This document shows, in pieces, positions 45,987 to 55,629 of a DNA stretch of 64,000 nt. Below the pieces are notes generated by a model. That model had not been told where the DNA came from. It saw only the letters and a program-made list of their open reading frames with translations, and ran no database searches. The stretch's first letter is position 1. The number at the start of each line of letters is the position of its first letter. Source of the stretch: a virus. Position numbers and translations under genes: made by a program. The stretch spans positions 3,109-67,108 of IMG/VR virus record IMGVR_UViG_3300045116_000679; one strand, 5' to 3'.

Positions 45987-46354
45987 GGCAGGCATGGCAC
46001 GGCAAGGACTGACGCGGCTAGGGCAGTTCTGGAGCGGCGAGACGCGGCAGGCGAGGCGCGGACTGGCCGGGAGTGTTAAGGCAAGGCCTGGCCAGGCGAG
46101 GCGCTTCTCGGCAGGCGAGGCTGGGAGTGACCAGCCGGGGTCAGGTGTGGCCAGACTAGGCAGGTAAGTTGCGTAGCGCTGAGCCGGTTGCCCAACCGGC
46201 TGGCGGGGATCACGGCAGGGCAGGCGGGGTACGGCCCGACTTGGCGCGGCGAGCATTGGAAGGCATCGTCAGGCAAGCCTGGCGCGAACAGGCATGGAGA
46301 GGCCAGGTGCGGCGGGGCCAGTAATGGCGTGGCCGGGCGAGTCCAGGCAGGCAA
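45987..46354 (+). repeat. Array of GG(C/T)-NN pentamers in blocks delimited by GGCA (candidate guide-RNA array)
   Basis: e.g. ggca|ggcat ggcac ggcaa ggact gacgc ggcta gggca gttct ggagc ggcga gacgc|ggca|ggcga ggcgc ggact ggccg ggagt... Confidence 0.8.
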
Positions 46355-46384
46355 AGGAAGAGGCGGTGCGACCCGCCTCTTCCT
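46355..46384 (+). terminator. Terminator-like hairpin closing the array
   Basis: AGGAAGAGGCGG-tgcgac-CCGCCTCTTCCT perfect 12-bp stem between convergent units. Confidence 0.75.
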
Positions 46385-46397
46385 CCCTTGTGCTTCG

Positions 46398-46853
46398 CTA
46401 GGCTTGGCACGCGCTGATCATCTTGTCATACAACCTATTCGCTCCAGCCATATTAATATCTTCATTTATGATGCCGCCAACAAAAGTTAGCGTCTGGAAT
46501 CGAAGTCGCCTAGCAGTTAGTGCTGCTGAAAACTCTTGACCGGTAAACTCTAATATTCCTGACCGTTCTTCTGCGCGCGATGGAAGCCTCATTCCGCTTG
46601 AGGCGGCATCATCAATCCTATATTCGTATCCCTTTAGTCCACCACGATTTGTGTAAATGATATATAGGGCACCTCTCGATATCTGAACGGTGGTATTGCC
46701 TTTGGGGGTGAGAACACAGGTTGTTTTGTCCGAGAAACTGTCAACGGTTCTTCTCATCTCCCAAGCGCCGTCCCGCGCCACTACAGGCCCTAGTCCCTGT
46801 GCTTGTGCGGAAGCGCTGATCACAGTCGCCGCGACCACCAAAGCCAATCTCAT
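46398..46853 (-). CDS. Secreted low-GC moron protein
   Basis: MRLALVVAATVISASAQA-Q signal peptide; AT-rich; opposite strand. Confidence 0.72.
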   Translation of the reverse strand: MRLALVVAATVISASAQAQGLGPVVARDGAWEMRRTVDSFSDKTTCVLTPKGNTTVQISRGALYIIYTNRGGLKGYEYRIDDAASSGMRLPSRAEERSGILEFTGQEFSAALTARRLRFQTLTFVGGIINEDINMAGANRLYDKMISACQA

Positions 46854-47001
46854 CAACCCCTCCCTGACTCCCGCCCCATCTGGCGCGCGCAGGTCTGAGG
46901 GCAACACCAAGGCCAAGCACACGGAGAGGGTCGACGAGGGCGCATCGGAGGGCGTCGCAAACCCAACCCGGCTTGCGTATATTGTGCCACGGAGGCGAAC
47001 C

Positions 47002-47586
47002 ATGGGCTTTGCGGCGCTGGCCGAGACACTGGATCGATATGCGGATCTGCCAGACGTGTCGTCCCTCGCGCCGGCGTTTCGCGACAAGGCGGATCTGGAC
47101 GGTATCGCTCGGGACGTCCGCAGAGTTGATCAAGCCATGCTGGCGCTGCGCCTCCAGTTCGGTAATTATGAAGCCGCACTAAATAGTATAATTGCAAATG
47201 AATTCGATCATCTGAGCTACGAAGAAGCAAAAAAATTCGTCGATAGTATTGAGGATCTTAATCGTTCTCGCAAAGAATGGCGCGAGCGAATGGATGCTAG
47301 CTTCAATGCGGAAATGACGAGTGTTATGCCGCTTGTTGAGGCCATCCCAAAGTACGCGCGAAAGCAAATCCGTAAACATCTCAAAATCATGGCGGACGCT
47401 AGAACGAGAACGGCAACGCGCAGCGTCCAACTAGAGCATACCGTCGCCGGCATCTGTGAGGAGTTGCGGTCGAGATTGGAGGTCAGGGCCGCCGAGAAGG
47501 CTCGGGCCGAAAGAACGAAGCACGACGCTCTCTTCGAGCGCTCCATCGCCCGCTTCCCGGTGATCACGGACTACCTTGCCCGCTGA
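47002..47586 (+). CDS. Putative antitoxin partner of Doc
   Basis: GGAGG RBS; overlaps doc; C-terminal FERSIARFPVITDYLAR resembles Doc-antitoxin tails. Confidence 0.6.
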   Translation: MGFAALAETLDRYADLPDVSSLAPAFRDKADLDGIARDVRRVDQAMLALRLQFGNYEAALNSIIANEFDHLSYEEAKKFVDSIEDLNRSRKEWRERMDASFNAEMTSVMPLVEAIPKYARKQIRKHLKIMADARTRTATRSVQLEHTVAGICEELRSRLEVRAAEKARAERTKHDALFERSIARFPVITDYLAR

Positions 47587-47971
47587 TCCTGTCGAGCCCG
47601 AGTGGTTCACCGCCGACCAGATCGAGCGCCTGAACGAGTTGCTGGTCGCGCAGACCGGCGAGAACCACGTCGTGCTCAGCCGCTCCCTGCTTGAGGGGGC
47701 GGTCGCCCGGCCACAGAACCTCTGGGCCTACGAGGGCGTGACGGATCTGGTGATCCTGGCCGTCCGCCTCCTCGAAGGGATAGGCAAGAACCACTGCTTC
47801 GAGCAGGGCAACAAGCGCACCGCCTTCCACGCCGCCGTCGCCTTCCTCGACCTGAATGGGTCTCCGGTCGATCTGCCGGATACCGAAGCGAATGCGGCCC
47901 TGATCCGAGACCTCATCGTCGGCCAAGTGGACGCATCCCGCGTCGAATCTGTCTTTAAAGCGGCAATCTAA
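47576..47971 (+). CDS. doc: Doc/Fic-family toxin
   Basis: LEGAVARPQN...NHCFEQGNKRTA...FLDLNG. Confidence 0.88.
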   Translation: MPADPVEPEWFTADQIERLNELLVAQTGENHVVLSRSLLEGAVARPQNLWAYEGVTDLVILAVRLLEGIGKNHCFEQGNKRTAFHAAVAFLDLNGSPVDLPDTEANAALIRDLIVGQVDASRVESVFKAAI

Positions 47972-48045
47972 CCGCAAGCTCCTGAACCGAATTCGAGTTC
48001 ATCTGACCCGGCCCAGCGCGTCGGGTCTCCAGTCGTGGAGACATC

Positions 48046-51000
48046 ATGTCTTCAGGTGTTCCTGTAATCGCAGGCGTCGCCGTCGAAGTCGTTGCCGACC
48101 TTTCGACCTTCGACGCCGGCATAGCGCGCGCGCAAGCATCCGCCCGTACCGCGGGCGCGGTGATTGCGGCCGACCTCGGCAAGATCGAGGCAGCGGAGCG
48201 GCGTGTCGGGGCGGCATCGGAGGAGGTCGCGCGCGTCGGAAAAGCGGCGGCCAACAGCGCCACCGCGACCGAGCGGCTTGCTAAGGGTCTTGAGGCGGCC
48301 GAGCGGGCAGCCAAGGCGGCAGCGGCAGCTGGCGGTGGCGCCGGGTCGGGCGGCTCTGGTAGCGGCTCTGACCGTGGCAAGCGCGCGGCCGAGGAGGCCG
48401 CTGCCGCGAACGAGAACCTGCGCAAGACCACGCGCCTCGCCGCGCACGAGGTCTCGAACCTGTCTGCCCAGCTCGCAGACATCACTGTGCAGTTGGCTGG
48501 CGGCCAGAGTCCATTTCTTGTTTTGCTTCAACAAGGATCACAGATTGCGCCAATACTTGGAAGTAGAGGCGTTGCAGGTTCTATTGCGGCAATCGGTCAG
48601 ACGATCTCAAGCATCGTCTCACCCACCGTCGCGATCTTCAGCACCCTGACAGCCGCCGTGATCTACGGATACAGTGCTTGGTCGAGGTATGACGACGCGC
48701 AACGTTCGGCGCTGACGACGCTCCAAGGTCTAGGCCGCAATCTCGGCATGACTGTGAGCCAGTTCGAAGACCTAGCGCGCTCGGCCGCTGCGGCTGGCAA
48801 CATGTCCACGCGGCAAGCCGGTGACCTTGCAACAGCCCTCGCGCGAACGGGCCGCATTGGACCTGAAAACATTCGTCGCATCATTGAAGTGTCGAAGGAT
48901 CTTGCAGCGACGCTCGGCACTGATCTCGACAGCATCAAGGACAAGCTGGGCACCACGTTTGGCAGCGCTGAAGGTATCGACAACCTGAACCGGCAGCTTC
49001 GATTCCTCGACGCGAACACGTCGGACGTGATCGACAGCCTGTTCCGGCAAGGTCGGGCGCAGGACGCGATCCGCTTGGCTCTCGAAAAGCTCCCAAGCTC
49101 CCTCGCACGGTACGAGCAAAGTCAGTCTGCCGTCGCGCGCGGGTGGGAAGCGGTCAAAACTGCCGTGTCTGAAGCTGATCTCGCGGTTGGTCGCTTCATC
49201 GACCGCATCGTTCGCGGGCCGTCGGCGGCCGATCGGCTCAGAGAGCTGGAGGGGCGGGTCAAGGCGCTGCGCGAGGCGGCAAGCCCGGACCTGACCGAAG
49301 CCGGGGCGATGACACGGACGATCCTCGCGACGAGGCCGATACCCTCCACGCCTTCCACGCAGCCTAGCCGCAACCAGCAATTGGAGAAGGCTGAATCTGA
49401 TCTGTTCGACCAACGCGAACAGATGCGCGCGAACATGCGTCTTGAGATGGAGCGGGCGGCTGATCGCAAGCGACAGGACGAGATCAACAGGACCACCCAG
49501 TCTCTACGCGACGAAATCAAGGCTCTGATGCCGGGTACGCAGCAGTGGCGCGAGCGCAAAGATGCACTGGAACTGTTCGAACGCGCCGCTCAATCATCTG
49601 ACGCCGAAATGCGCAAGCAGGCTCTGGGCGTCAAAGGCTTTGCGGAAGCTCAGGATATTCTTCAGCAAGCCCAAAAGAGTGCGACCAACGCGCAAGGTGA
49701 GGCGCTGACGCAGGCTGAGAAGGCCGCTCGCCAGCGCGCGATCGATCTCGCTGACGCCAGAGCGGTCACTGATGCCGATCGCGCCCGGGTGGCTCGAATG
49801 CGTCAGGAGCAGCAACAGATCGGGCAGCTTGCCACGGGCGCTCAAGCGAGGGAGGACGCCGAGCACGCGGCGAGAATGGAGCTGGAAAGGTCCGAGGCGC
49901 AGGTGCGCGCTATGATTCGGGCCCAGCAGGCCGAAGGACAGGAGCTTCAGGCCCGAATCAATCTCCTTGGGCAAAGCAGTGAAGCGCAGGCCGTAGCCGC
50001 AGCGCGTCAGCGCGCGATCAACGATCTAACATTGCAAGGCAAAGACACAACATCTGCTCTCTCTCAGGAGTACATTGGTCTTATAGAGGCAAATGCTCGA
50101 CTGAGCCTTTCATATGAGAAAGCGCGGGAAGCTCAACAGCGACTTGTCGAAGGCCAGCGCCAGATCGGGCAGATGTTCTCATCGTTCCTGAACGACATTC
50201 TGTCGGGGACCGGCCGCCTCTCGGACGCCTTCGCCAACATCGGACGATCCATCACGAGCAGCGGCCTTCAGGCAATCCTGACCGGTGAGGGCGGGATGGC
50301 GACGCTGCTCGGCACCGCGCCCACCGAACGCGGTCAGCTCGGCGGTCTACTAGGCGGCAACCTCGGCATCTTCAGCGGGACCATCAAGGATGCCGTCCGC
50401 GAGGGCACGACGCTCGGCACGAAGCCGCTGAGCGAGTCCTTCGAGTTTCTGCGCGACACGCCCCTCGCCGGGTTCACGGGTCGCCAAGCGCTCGGCATCG
50501 GCGGCGGCGCGCTGGCCATTGCGAGCGCGTACGGCACCGGCACCAACGCCAGCAGCCGCATGGGCGCGCTCCTCTCGGGGGGCGTCAGCGGCGCGCTCGG
50601 CGGTGCCCTGATGGGCGCGCAGGCGGCTTCCATCGGCGGCCCGGTGGGCGCTGTCGCAGGCGGTGTGATCGGCGCGGCCCTGTCCCTCTTCGGCTTCAAC
50701 GACGCCGAAAAGCAGCGCATCAAAGAAGCAAAGAAGCAGGCCGAAGAAGCATATCAGGCAGCTAAATCCCAGATCGACGCCCTACGCGCCCAGTTCCGTG
50801 GCGAAATACAGGGCGCTCTCGGCCAGTCTATCTCACAGGCTAACCAGCAAGCTTACCAAGCAATGCAGGTCGCAGCGAAGGCTGGGCGTGAGGCCGAGGC
50901 GAATGCGATCTACCAGGATTTCCAATCCTTCACCGGCCGCGTCAAGCGCGAGTTCGCGGCGGCGTTCGAGGGCAACCTGTCGGCGCTCTCGGCCGGGCTC

Positions 51001-53199
51001 GGCACGTCCTCGCCGTTCGTGCAGGCGCGCGACCAGATCCGGGCGCTCGGGGACTCGCTCCTCGGCTTCGTGAACGACACCGCCCTGGCATTCAACGGGA
51101 ACACGGAAGCCGTCGGGCGCGCGGCCGCCGCGGCGTTCGAGATGGCCAAGGCCAGCATGGCCGTCGAGCCCGAGCTGTCGGACACCGCCCGGCGCCTGGA
51201 AGAGATCCGCGGCAAGGGCGCGGCGCTCGCCGAGGTGATGACGAAGCTCGGGATCAGCGCGGCCGATGCCGCCACCATCGTCCGGCAGCTCACCGACACC
51301 GCGCTCGCCGACCTGCGCGACACCTTCTCGGGCGACCTGACCCGCAGCCTGCGGGAGGCTCAGGGCAAGTCCTTCTTGAACGAGGCCGCGGACCTCGTGA
51401 AAGAGGTGGCGACCCTGCGGGCCGACGCCGCCTCGCTCGGGCTCGGCACGGGCGATGTGGACGCCTACTTCACGGCGGCCGCGCAGCAGCTCGTCGACCA
51501 GTCCCAGCTTGCCGGCGATGCCTTCCAGGAACTTGCGCGACTGTTCCCCGAGCTGACCGGCCGGGTGCGCGAGTACAGCGAGGCGGCCGTGAACGCCGCC
51601 GACCTGACCGCGGCCGCCTCCCGCCGCCTGGGCTACGGCGATCGCCTATTCGCCGCCGGCAACGACACCTCGACGTTGCAGGGCGCGCTCGCCGCGCAGG
51701 AGCGCGAGTTCCAGCAGGAGCGCGAGGAAGAGATCCGCGCGGGCGGGCAGGCGCTGCTCGACTTGGAGCGCGCGCAGTACGCCGAGCGCGCGGCGCTGAT
51801 CACCGAGTTCGCGGAGCGCGCGGCCGAGGCCGAGCGGCAGCGGTACGAGGAGGCGGTCGAGTTCCTGTCCGGCGCCGCCCGGACCATCCGGCAGTTCCTC
51901 GACAACCTGACCTCGGGCTCGGGCTCGACCCTCTCGCCGCAGGCCCGGCTCGCGGCGGCGCAGAGCCAGTACGCAGCGCAGCTCGCCGCGGCGCAGGGCG
52001 GCAACCGGGACGCGCTCTCCGGGATCACCGGGAACGCCTCGAACCTGCTCGACGCCGCCCGCGCCTATTACGGCTCCTCGGCGGGCTATCAGGCGATCTT
52101 CGGGCAAGTGCAGTCGCAGCTCGGCGCGCTCCCCTCGCAGGTCTCGCCCGAGCAGTTCATCGTCAACGCCATCGACACGTCTCGCCAAGCGACGGTCGAC
52201 GCCCTGACCCTGACCCGCACGGCGCTTCAGGCCGGGCTACAGGCCAACAGCCCCGTGCTGATCGCGCAGGCGCTCGATGCGTCGTTCAACACGCTCGACA
52301 CCAGCCTCGACGGGCTCCTGTCCGCGCAGGAATTCCTCGTCGGGCTCGGTCCGCTGGCGACCAAGGCCGAGCAGCAGCAGGCCCGGGATATCTTCAACGC
52401 GATCGATGCTAACGGCGACGGGCAGCTCGACAAGCTCGAACTGGTGCGCGCCCGCGCCGCTGGCATCGAGGTCTCGACCGGGGCCACCAAGAACGCCGTC
52501 GATCAGGGGAACGAACTCGCCTCGCAGACGCGGGCGCTCATCGACGCCGGCAACGCTCTGTCCGGCACCGGCAACACTCTCGCAACCACCGCGAACGGCA
52601 TCGCCCAGACGCAGAGCGATTTGCTCGTCGCGATCCGAGACGTCCAGACACTTCAACGCCTGCAGCTCGAAGCTTTGAACGGCCAGTTCAGCCTCAATAC
52701 GACGCTGTTCATCGGCAACCGGCAGCTCGACAACAACATGGTCACGGCGCTGAACAAGATCGTCTACAACACAGCGCTCACCGATAACGCCAGGAACGCC
52801 GCGCAGGGCGTGTACGCCGAGGGCGGCTGGGTTACCGGTCCGGGCACCGGCACGTCAGACAGCATCGTGGCCCGGCTCTCGAACGGCGAGTTCGTGATGC
52901 GCGCCGCGATGGCGCGGCAGTACGGGCCGATGCTGGAAGCCATGAACGACAACCGCTTCCAGATGCCGGCCATGCCAGTGCCGGTCGCGGCGGGCGGGGA
53001 CGGCGCGGCGATGGCGGCGGCCGTTGGCTCGCTCCGGGGCGAACTCGTCGCCTTGCGTGCCGAGGTGGTGCGGCTGCGGCAGGCGACGGTGGCGGGCGCG
53101 GTCGAGACCCGCGATGCGGTCGAGCAGAACACCGCCGTGACCGAGGTGGGCAACCGCGCGGCAAGCCGGGCGGATCTCCGCCGCGGCCGGGCGGCCTGA
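48046..53199 (+). CDS. Tail tape measure protein
   Basis: 1717 aa, Ala/Gly-rich; QLADITVQLAGGQSPFLVLLQQGSQI; GPGTGTSDSIVARLSNGEFV. Confidence 0.93.
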   Translation: MSSGVPVIAGVAVEVVADLSTFDAGIARAQASARTAGAVIAADLGKIEAAERRVGAASEEVARVGKAAANSATATERLAKGLEAAERAAKAAAAAGGGAGSGGSGSGSDRGKRAAEEAAAANENLRKTTRLAAHEVSNLSAQLADITVQLAGGQSPFLVLLQQGSQIAPILGSRGVAGSIAAIGQTISSIVSPTVAIFSTLTAAVIYGYSAWSRYDDAQRSALTTLQGLGRNLGMTVSQFEDLARSAAAAGNMSTRQAGDLATALARTGRIGPENIRRIIEVSKDLAATLGTDLDSIKDKLGTTFGSAEGIDNLNRQLRFLDANTSDVIDSLFRQGRAQDAIRLALEKLPSSLARYEQSQSAVARGWEAVKTAVSEADLAVGRFIDRIVRGPSAADRLRELEGRVKALREAASPDLTEAGAMTRTILATRPIPSTPSTQPSRNQQLEKAESDLFDQREQMRANMRLEMERAADRKRQDEINRTTQSLRDEIKALMPGTQQWRERKDALELFERAAQSSDAEMRKQALGVKGFAEAQDILQQAQKSATNAQGEALTQAEKAARQRAIDLADARAVTDADRARVARMRQEQQQIGQLATGAQAREDAEHAARMELERSEAQVRAMIRAQQAEGQELQARINLLGQSSEAQAVAAARQRAINDLTLQGKDTTSALSQEYIGLIEANARLSLSYEKAREAQQRLVEGQRQIGQMFSSFLNDILSGTGRLSDAFANIGRSITSSGLQAILTGEGGMATLLGTAPTERGQLGGLLGGNLGIFSGTIKDAVREGTTLGTKPLSESFEFLRDTPLAGFTGRQALGIGGGALAIASAYGTGTNASSRMGALLSGGVSGALGGALMGAQAASIGGPVGAVAGGVIGAALSLFGFNDAEKQRIKEAKKQAEEAYQAAKSQIDALRAQFRGEIQGALGQSISQANQQAYQAMQVAAKAGREAEANAIYQDFQSFTGRVKREFAAAFEGNLSALSAGLGTSSPFVQARDQIRALGDSLLGFVNDTALAFNGNTEAVGRAAAAAFEMAKASMAVEPELSDTARRLEEIRGKGAALAEVMTKLGISAADAATIVRQLTDTALADLRDTFSGDLTRSLREAQGKSFLNEAADLVKEVATLRADAASLGLGTGDVDAYFTAAAQQLVDQSQLAGDAFQELARLFPELTGRVREYSEAAVNAADLTAAASRRLGYGDRLFAAGNDTSTLQGALAAQEREFQQEREEEIRAGGQALLDLERAQYAERAALITEFAERAAEAERQRYEEAVEFLSGAARTIRQFLDNLTSGSGSTLSPQARLAAAQSQYAAQLAAAQGGNRDALSGITGNASNLLDAARAYYGSSAGYQAIFGQVQSQLGALPSQVSPEQFIVNAIDTSRQATVDALTLTRTALQAGLQANSPVLIAQALDASFNTLDTSLDGLLSAQEFLVGLGPLATKAEQQQARDIFNAIDANGDGQLDKLELVRARAAGIEVSTGATKNAVDQGNELASQTRALIDAGNALSGTGNTLATTANGIAQTQSDLLVAIRDVQTLQRLQLEALNGQFSLNTTLFIGNRQLDNNMVTALNKIVYNTALTDNARNAAQGVYAEGGWVTGPGTGTSDSIVARLSNGEFVMRAAMARQYGPMLEAMNDNRFQMPAMPVPVAAGGDGAAMAAAVGSLRGELVALRAEVVRLRQATVAGAVETRDAVEQNTAVTEVGNRAASRADLRRGRAA

Positions 53200-53210
53200 G
53201 GCGGCGCCCC

Positions 53211-54746
53211 GTGACCATCTACACGCTCGAGGTCCAGGCGCACACCGGCGTCGAGGTGCGCACGTTCTACGCGGCCGACCGCCGCTACACCACGCGGCCG
53301 ACCGATACGCCGGCCAACCAGCATTTCCGGGCGACGATCAAGGATCCGGGCAACCTCGAACGGTTCCTGTTCGGTCAGGGCTCGACCACCGGCCAGAGCA
53401 GCATCGGCGTCGGCGAGGTCGTGCTGGTCAACGCCGACGGGCGCTATGACACCTGGGCGAATTACGCCTTCGACGGGCGGCCCTGCATCATCAAGGCGAT
53501 TCCGGTCAACGGCGCCGGCAAGCCGCTCGTGTCCTACGCCGCAGCGCCCGTGCTGGTCCGCGGCACCGTCGAGAGTGTGGACCTCACCGACGTCTACAGC
53601 ACGGTGCGGCTGCGCCTCTACGACCGCCTGTCAGACCTCGACCGGCCGCTGCTGACAGACCGGTACGCCGGCAGCACCACCGGCCCGGGGGCCACCGCCG
53701 AGGGCACCACGGATCTCGCCGGGACGGTCCGCCCCCGGGTCTACGGCACCGTGCGCAACATGGCGCCGGTTGACGTCAATCCCTTCGACCTCATCCGGCA
53801 GGTGTCGGATGCGAAGTGCACGGCGATCACCGTCTACGACGGCGGGCTCGCGCTCACCCCGGCCGCCGACTTCCCCTCGATCGCGGCGCTACAGGCCGCC
53901 ACGATCGCCCCCGGGCAGTACGCGACGGCGCTGACGCTCGGCCTGTTTCGCCTCGGCGGCTCGCCGGCCGGTGTCGTCACCGCCGACGTGACGGCCGACG
54001 GCCCGAACACCGCTGCCGGTATAGCGCGGGCGATGCTGCTCGATGCCGGGCTGTCCAGCGCGGATCTCGACGGCGCGAGCTTCGACGCGCTCACGGCCGC
54101 GAACGGAGCGCCCTGCGGCTATCTCGTCGGCGACGACCGAAGCGTGCTTCAGGCCGCGACGGACGTCCTGCGCAGCGTCGGCGGCTGGATCGTCCCGCGT
54201 GGCGACGGCGCATTTCAGGTCGGCCGGCTGCAAGCGCCGTCCGGCGCGCCGGTCGCGTCGCTGGCGGACTGGCAGGTGCGGGGCTCGGTCCAGCGCCTTG
54301 CGCCGGCGGACAGCAACCGGGGCGTGCCGGCGTGGCGCGTCGTGGTCCGCTACGGCCGCCTCGCGCGCCCCCTGACCGAGGGCGAGATCGTCGGTGCCGT
54401 CGACCCCAGCCGCCGCGCGGCACTCAGCCTCGCCTATCGCGAGGCGGTCGCGGAGGACCCCTCGATCAAGGCCCGGCACCTCATGGCGCCGGAGATGACC
54501 TTCGAGACGTACCTGACCGAGACGGCGGACGCCCAGGCCGAGGCGGCGCGGTTGCTCGCGATCTACGGCACGCGCCGGGCGATCTGGCGTGTGCAGCTCG
54601 ATCAGGAGACGGCGCGGGACGTCGGCCTCGGTCAGGTGGTCTCGCTCACACTTTCCCGCGCGCTGCGGTCCGGCGCCCTGCTCGTCGCGATCGGTCGCAT
54701 CGACGACTGCGTCAACGACCGCGTGCAGCTCGACCTCTGGGGATAG
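53211..54746 (+). CDS. Tail/baseplate hub-like protein
   Basis: Follows TMP; PRVYGTVRNMAPV. Confidence 0.75.
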   Translation: MTIYTLEVQAHTGVEVRTFYAADRRYTTRPTDTPANQHFRATIKDPGNLERFLFGQGSTTGQSSIGVGEVVLVNADGRYDTWANYAFDGRPCIIKAIPVNGAGKPLVSYAAAPVLVRGTVESVDLTDVYSTVRLRLYDRLSDLDRPLLTDRYAGSTTGPGATAEGTTDLAGTVRPRVYGTVRNMAPVDVNPFDLIRQVSDAKCTAITVYDGGLALTPAADFPSIAALQAATIAPGQYATALTLGLFRLGGSPAGVVTADVTADGPNTAAGIARAMLLDAGLSSADLDGASFDALTAANGAPCGYLVGDDRSVLQAATDVLRSVGGWIVPRGDGAFQVGRLQAPSGAPVASLADWQVRGSVQRLAPADSNRGVPAWRVVVRYGRLARPLTEGEIVGAVDPSRRAALSLAYREAVAEDPSIKARHLMAPEMTFETYLTETADAQAEAARLLAIYGTRRAIWRVQLDQETARDVGLGQVVSLTLSRALRSGALLVAIGRIDDCVNDRVQLDLWG

Positions 54747-54749
54747 GGC

Positions 54750-55616
54750 GTGCCGCAGAAGAACATCACTCTCATCTACGAGAATTTCGCCGATCGCGGC
54801 CAGTTGAGCGGCGGGTCGTGGCGCTCGTCGTTGCCGCTGACGAACCTGCAGACGCCCCACCTCCCCGAGATCGCGCGCAGCGCCTCCGCGGCGGCGGGCT
54901 CGACGTGGTTCAACGCGCTGCTGACGACGGACCAGCCGATCGGCGGCATCGTGGTCGGCCCGGTCAACGCCACGATCAACGCCACTGCTCGGATCCGCGC
55001 CTTCACGAGCAGCAGCTACACGACCACGCTCTACAACAGCGGGGTGATCCCGTTCCCGGGCATCCTCGACGAGACCGTCGAGCTCGAATGGGAGGATGAC
55101 GGGTACTGGGACGGGGACGTGCGCGGGTTCGGCGACGCACTGTCGGGCGCGTACCTCTTCCACCTCCCACCGGCGCCCGTCGTCTCGCGTTACTGGCGCA
55201 TCGAGCTGTTCGATGAGGGCAACCCGATGGGTTACCTCAACATCGGCCGGCTACTGATCGGCCGGCGCTGGCGGCCGGAGCACAATTACGACGAGGGCGA
55301 CAACGGCCTTTCGTTCGAGGCCCTGACCGACCAGGAGGAGAGCCGGTCGGGCACCAAGTTCTTCAACCCGCGCAACATGCGCCGGGTGTTCCAATTCTCG
55401 TTCGGCCGTCTGCCGGACACAACGTCATTCGCCGAGGTCTTCCGCATTGCTACCCGCTCGGGCCTGCACAATCAGGTCGCGGTGATCCCGAACCCGGACG
55501 ATCCCAACACCTTTCAGCGGGAGGCGCTGCTCGGAACGCTGCGGCAGCTGCCGGGCCTGCGCAGGTTCAGCACGCCGGACTTCGCCACTTCGTTCGTGAT
55601 CGAAGAATCCCTGTAA
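54750..55616 (+). CDS. Tail protein
   Basis: Position; SRYWRIE...YLNIGRL. Confidence 0.7.
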   Translation: MPQKNITLIYENFADRGQLSGGSWRSSLPLTNLQTPHLPEIARSASAAAGSTWFNALLTTDQPIGGIVVGPVNATINATARIRAFTSSSYTTTLYNSGVIPFPGILDETVELEWEDDGYWDGDVRGFGDALSGAYLFHLPPAPVVSRYWRIELFDEGNPMGYLNIGRLLIGRRWRPEHNYDEGDNGLSFEALTDQEESRSGTKFFNPRNMRRVFQFSFGRLPDTTSFAEVFRIATRSGLHNQVAVIPNPDDPNTFQREALLGTLRQLPGLRRFSTPDFATSFVIEESL

Positions 55617-55629
55617 AGGAAGCCTGTAG

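Noticed and set aside
45987-46354. Canonical CRISPR array
   Set aside because: No 23-47 bp direct repeats with unique spacers and no cas1/cas2; the periodicity is 5 nt
45892-46490. ORFs 45892-46167, 46188-46490 and minus-strand ORFs over the pentamer array
   Set aside because: G/A/R-rich translations are by-products of the 5-nt periodic repeat; no RBS or family motifs
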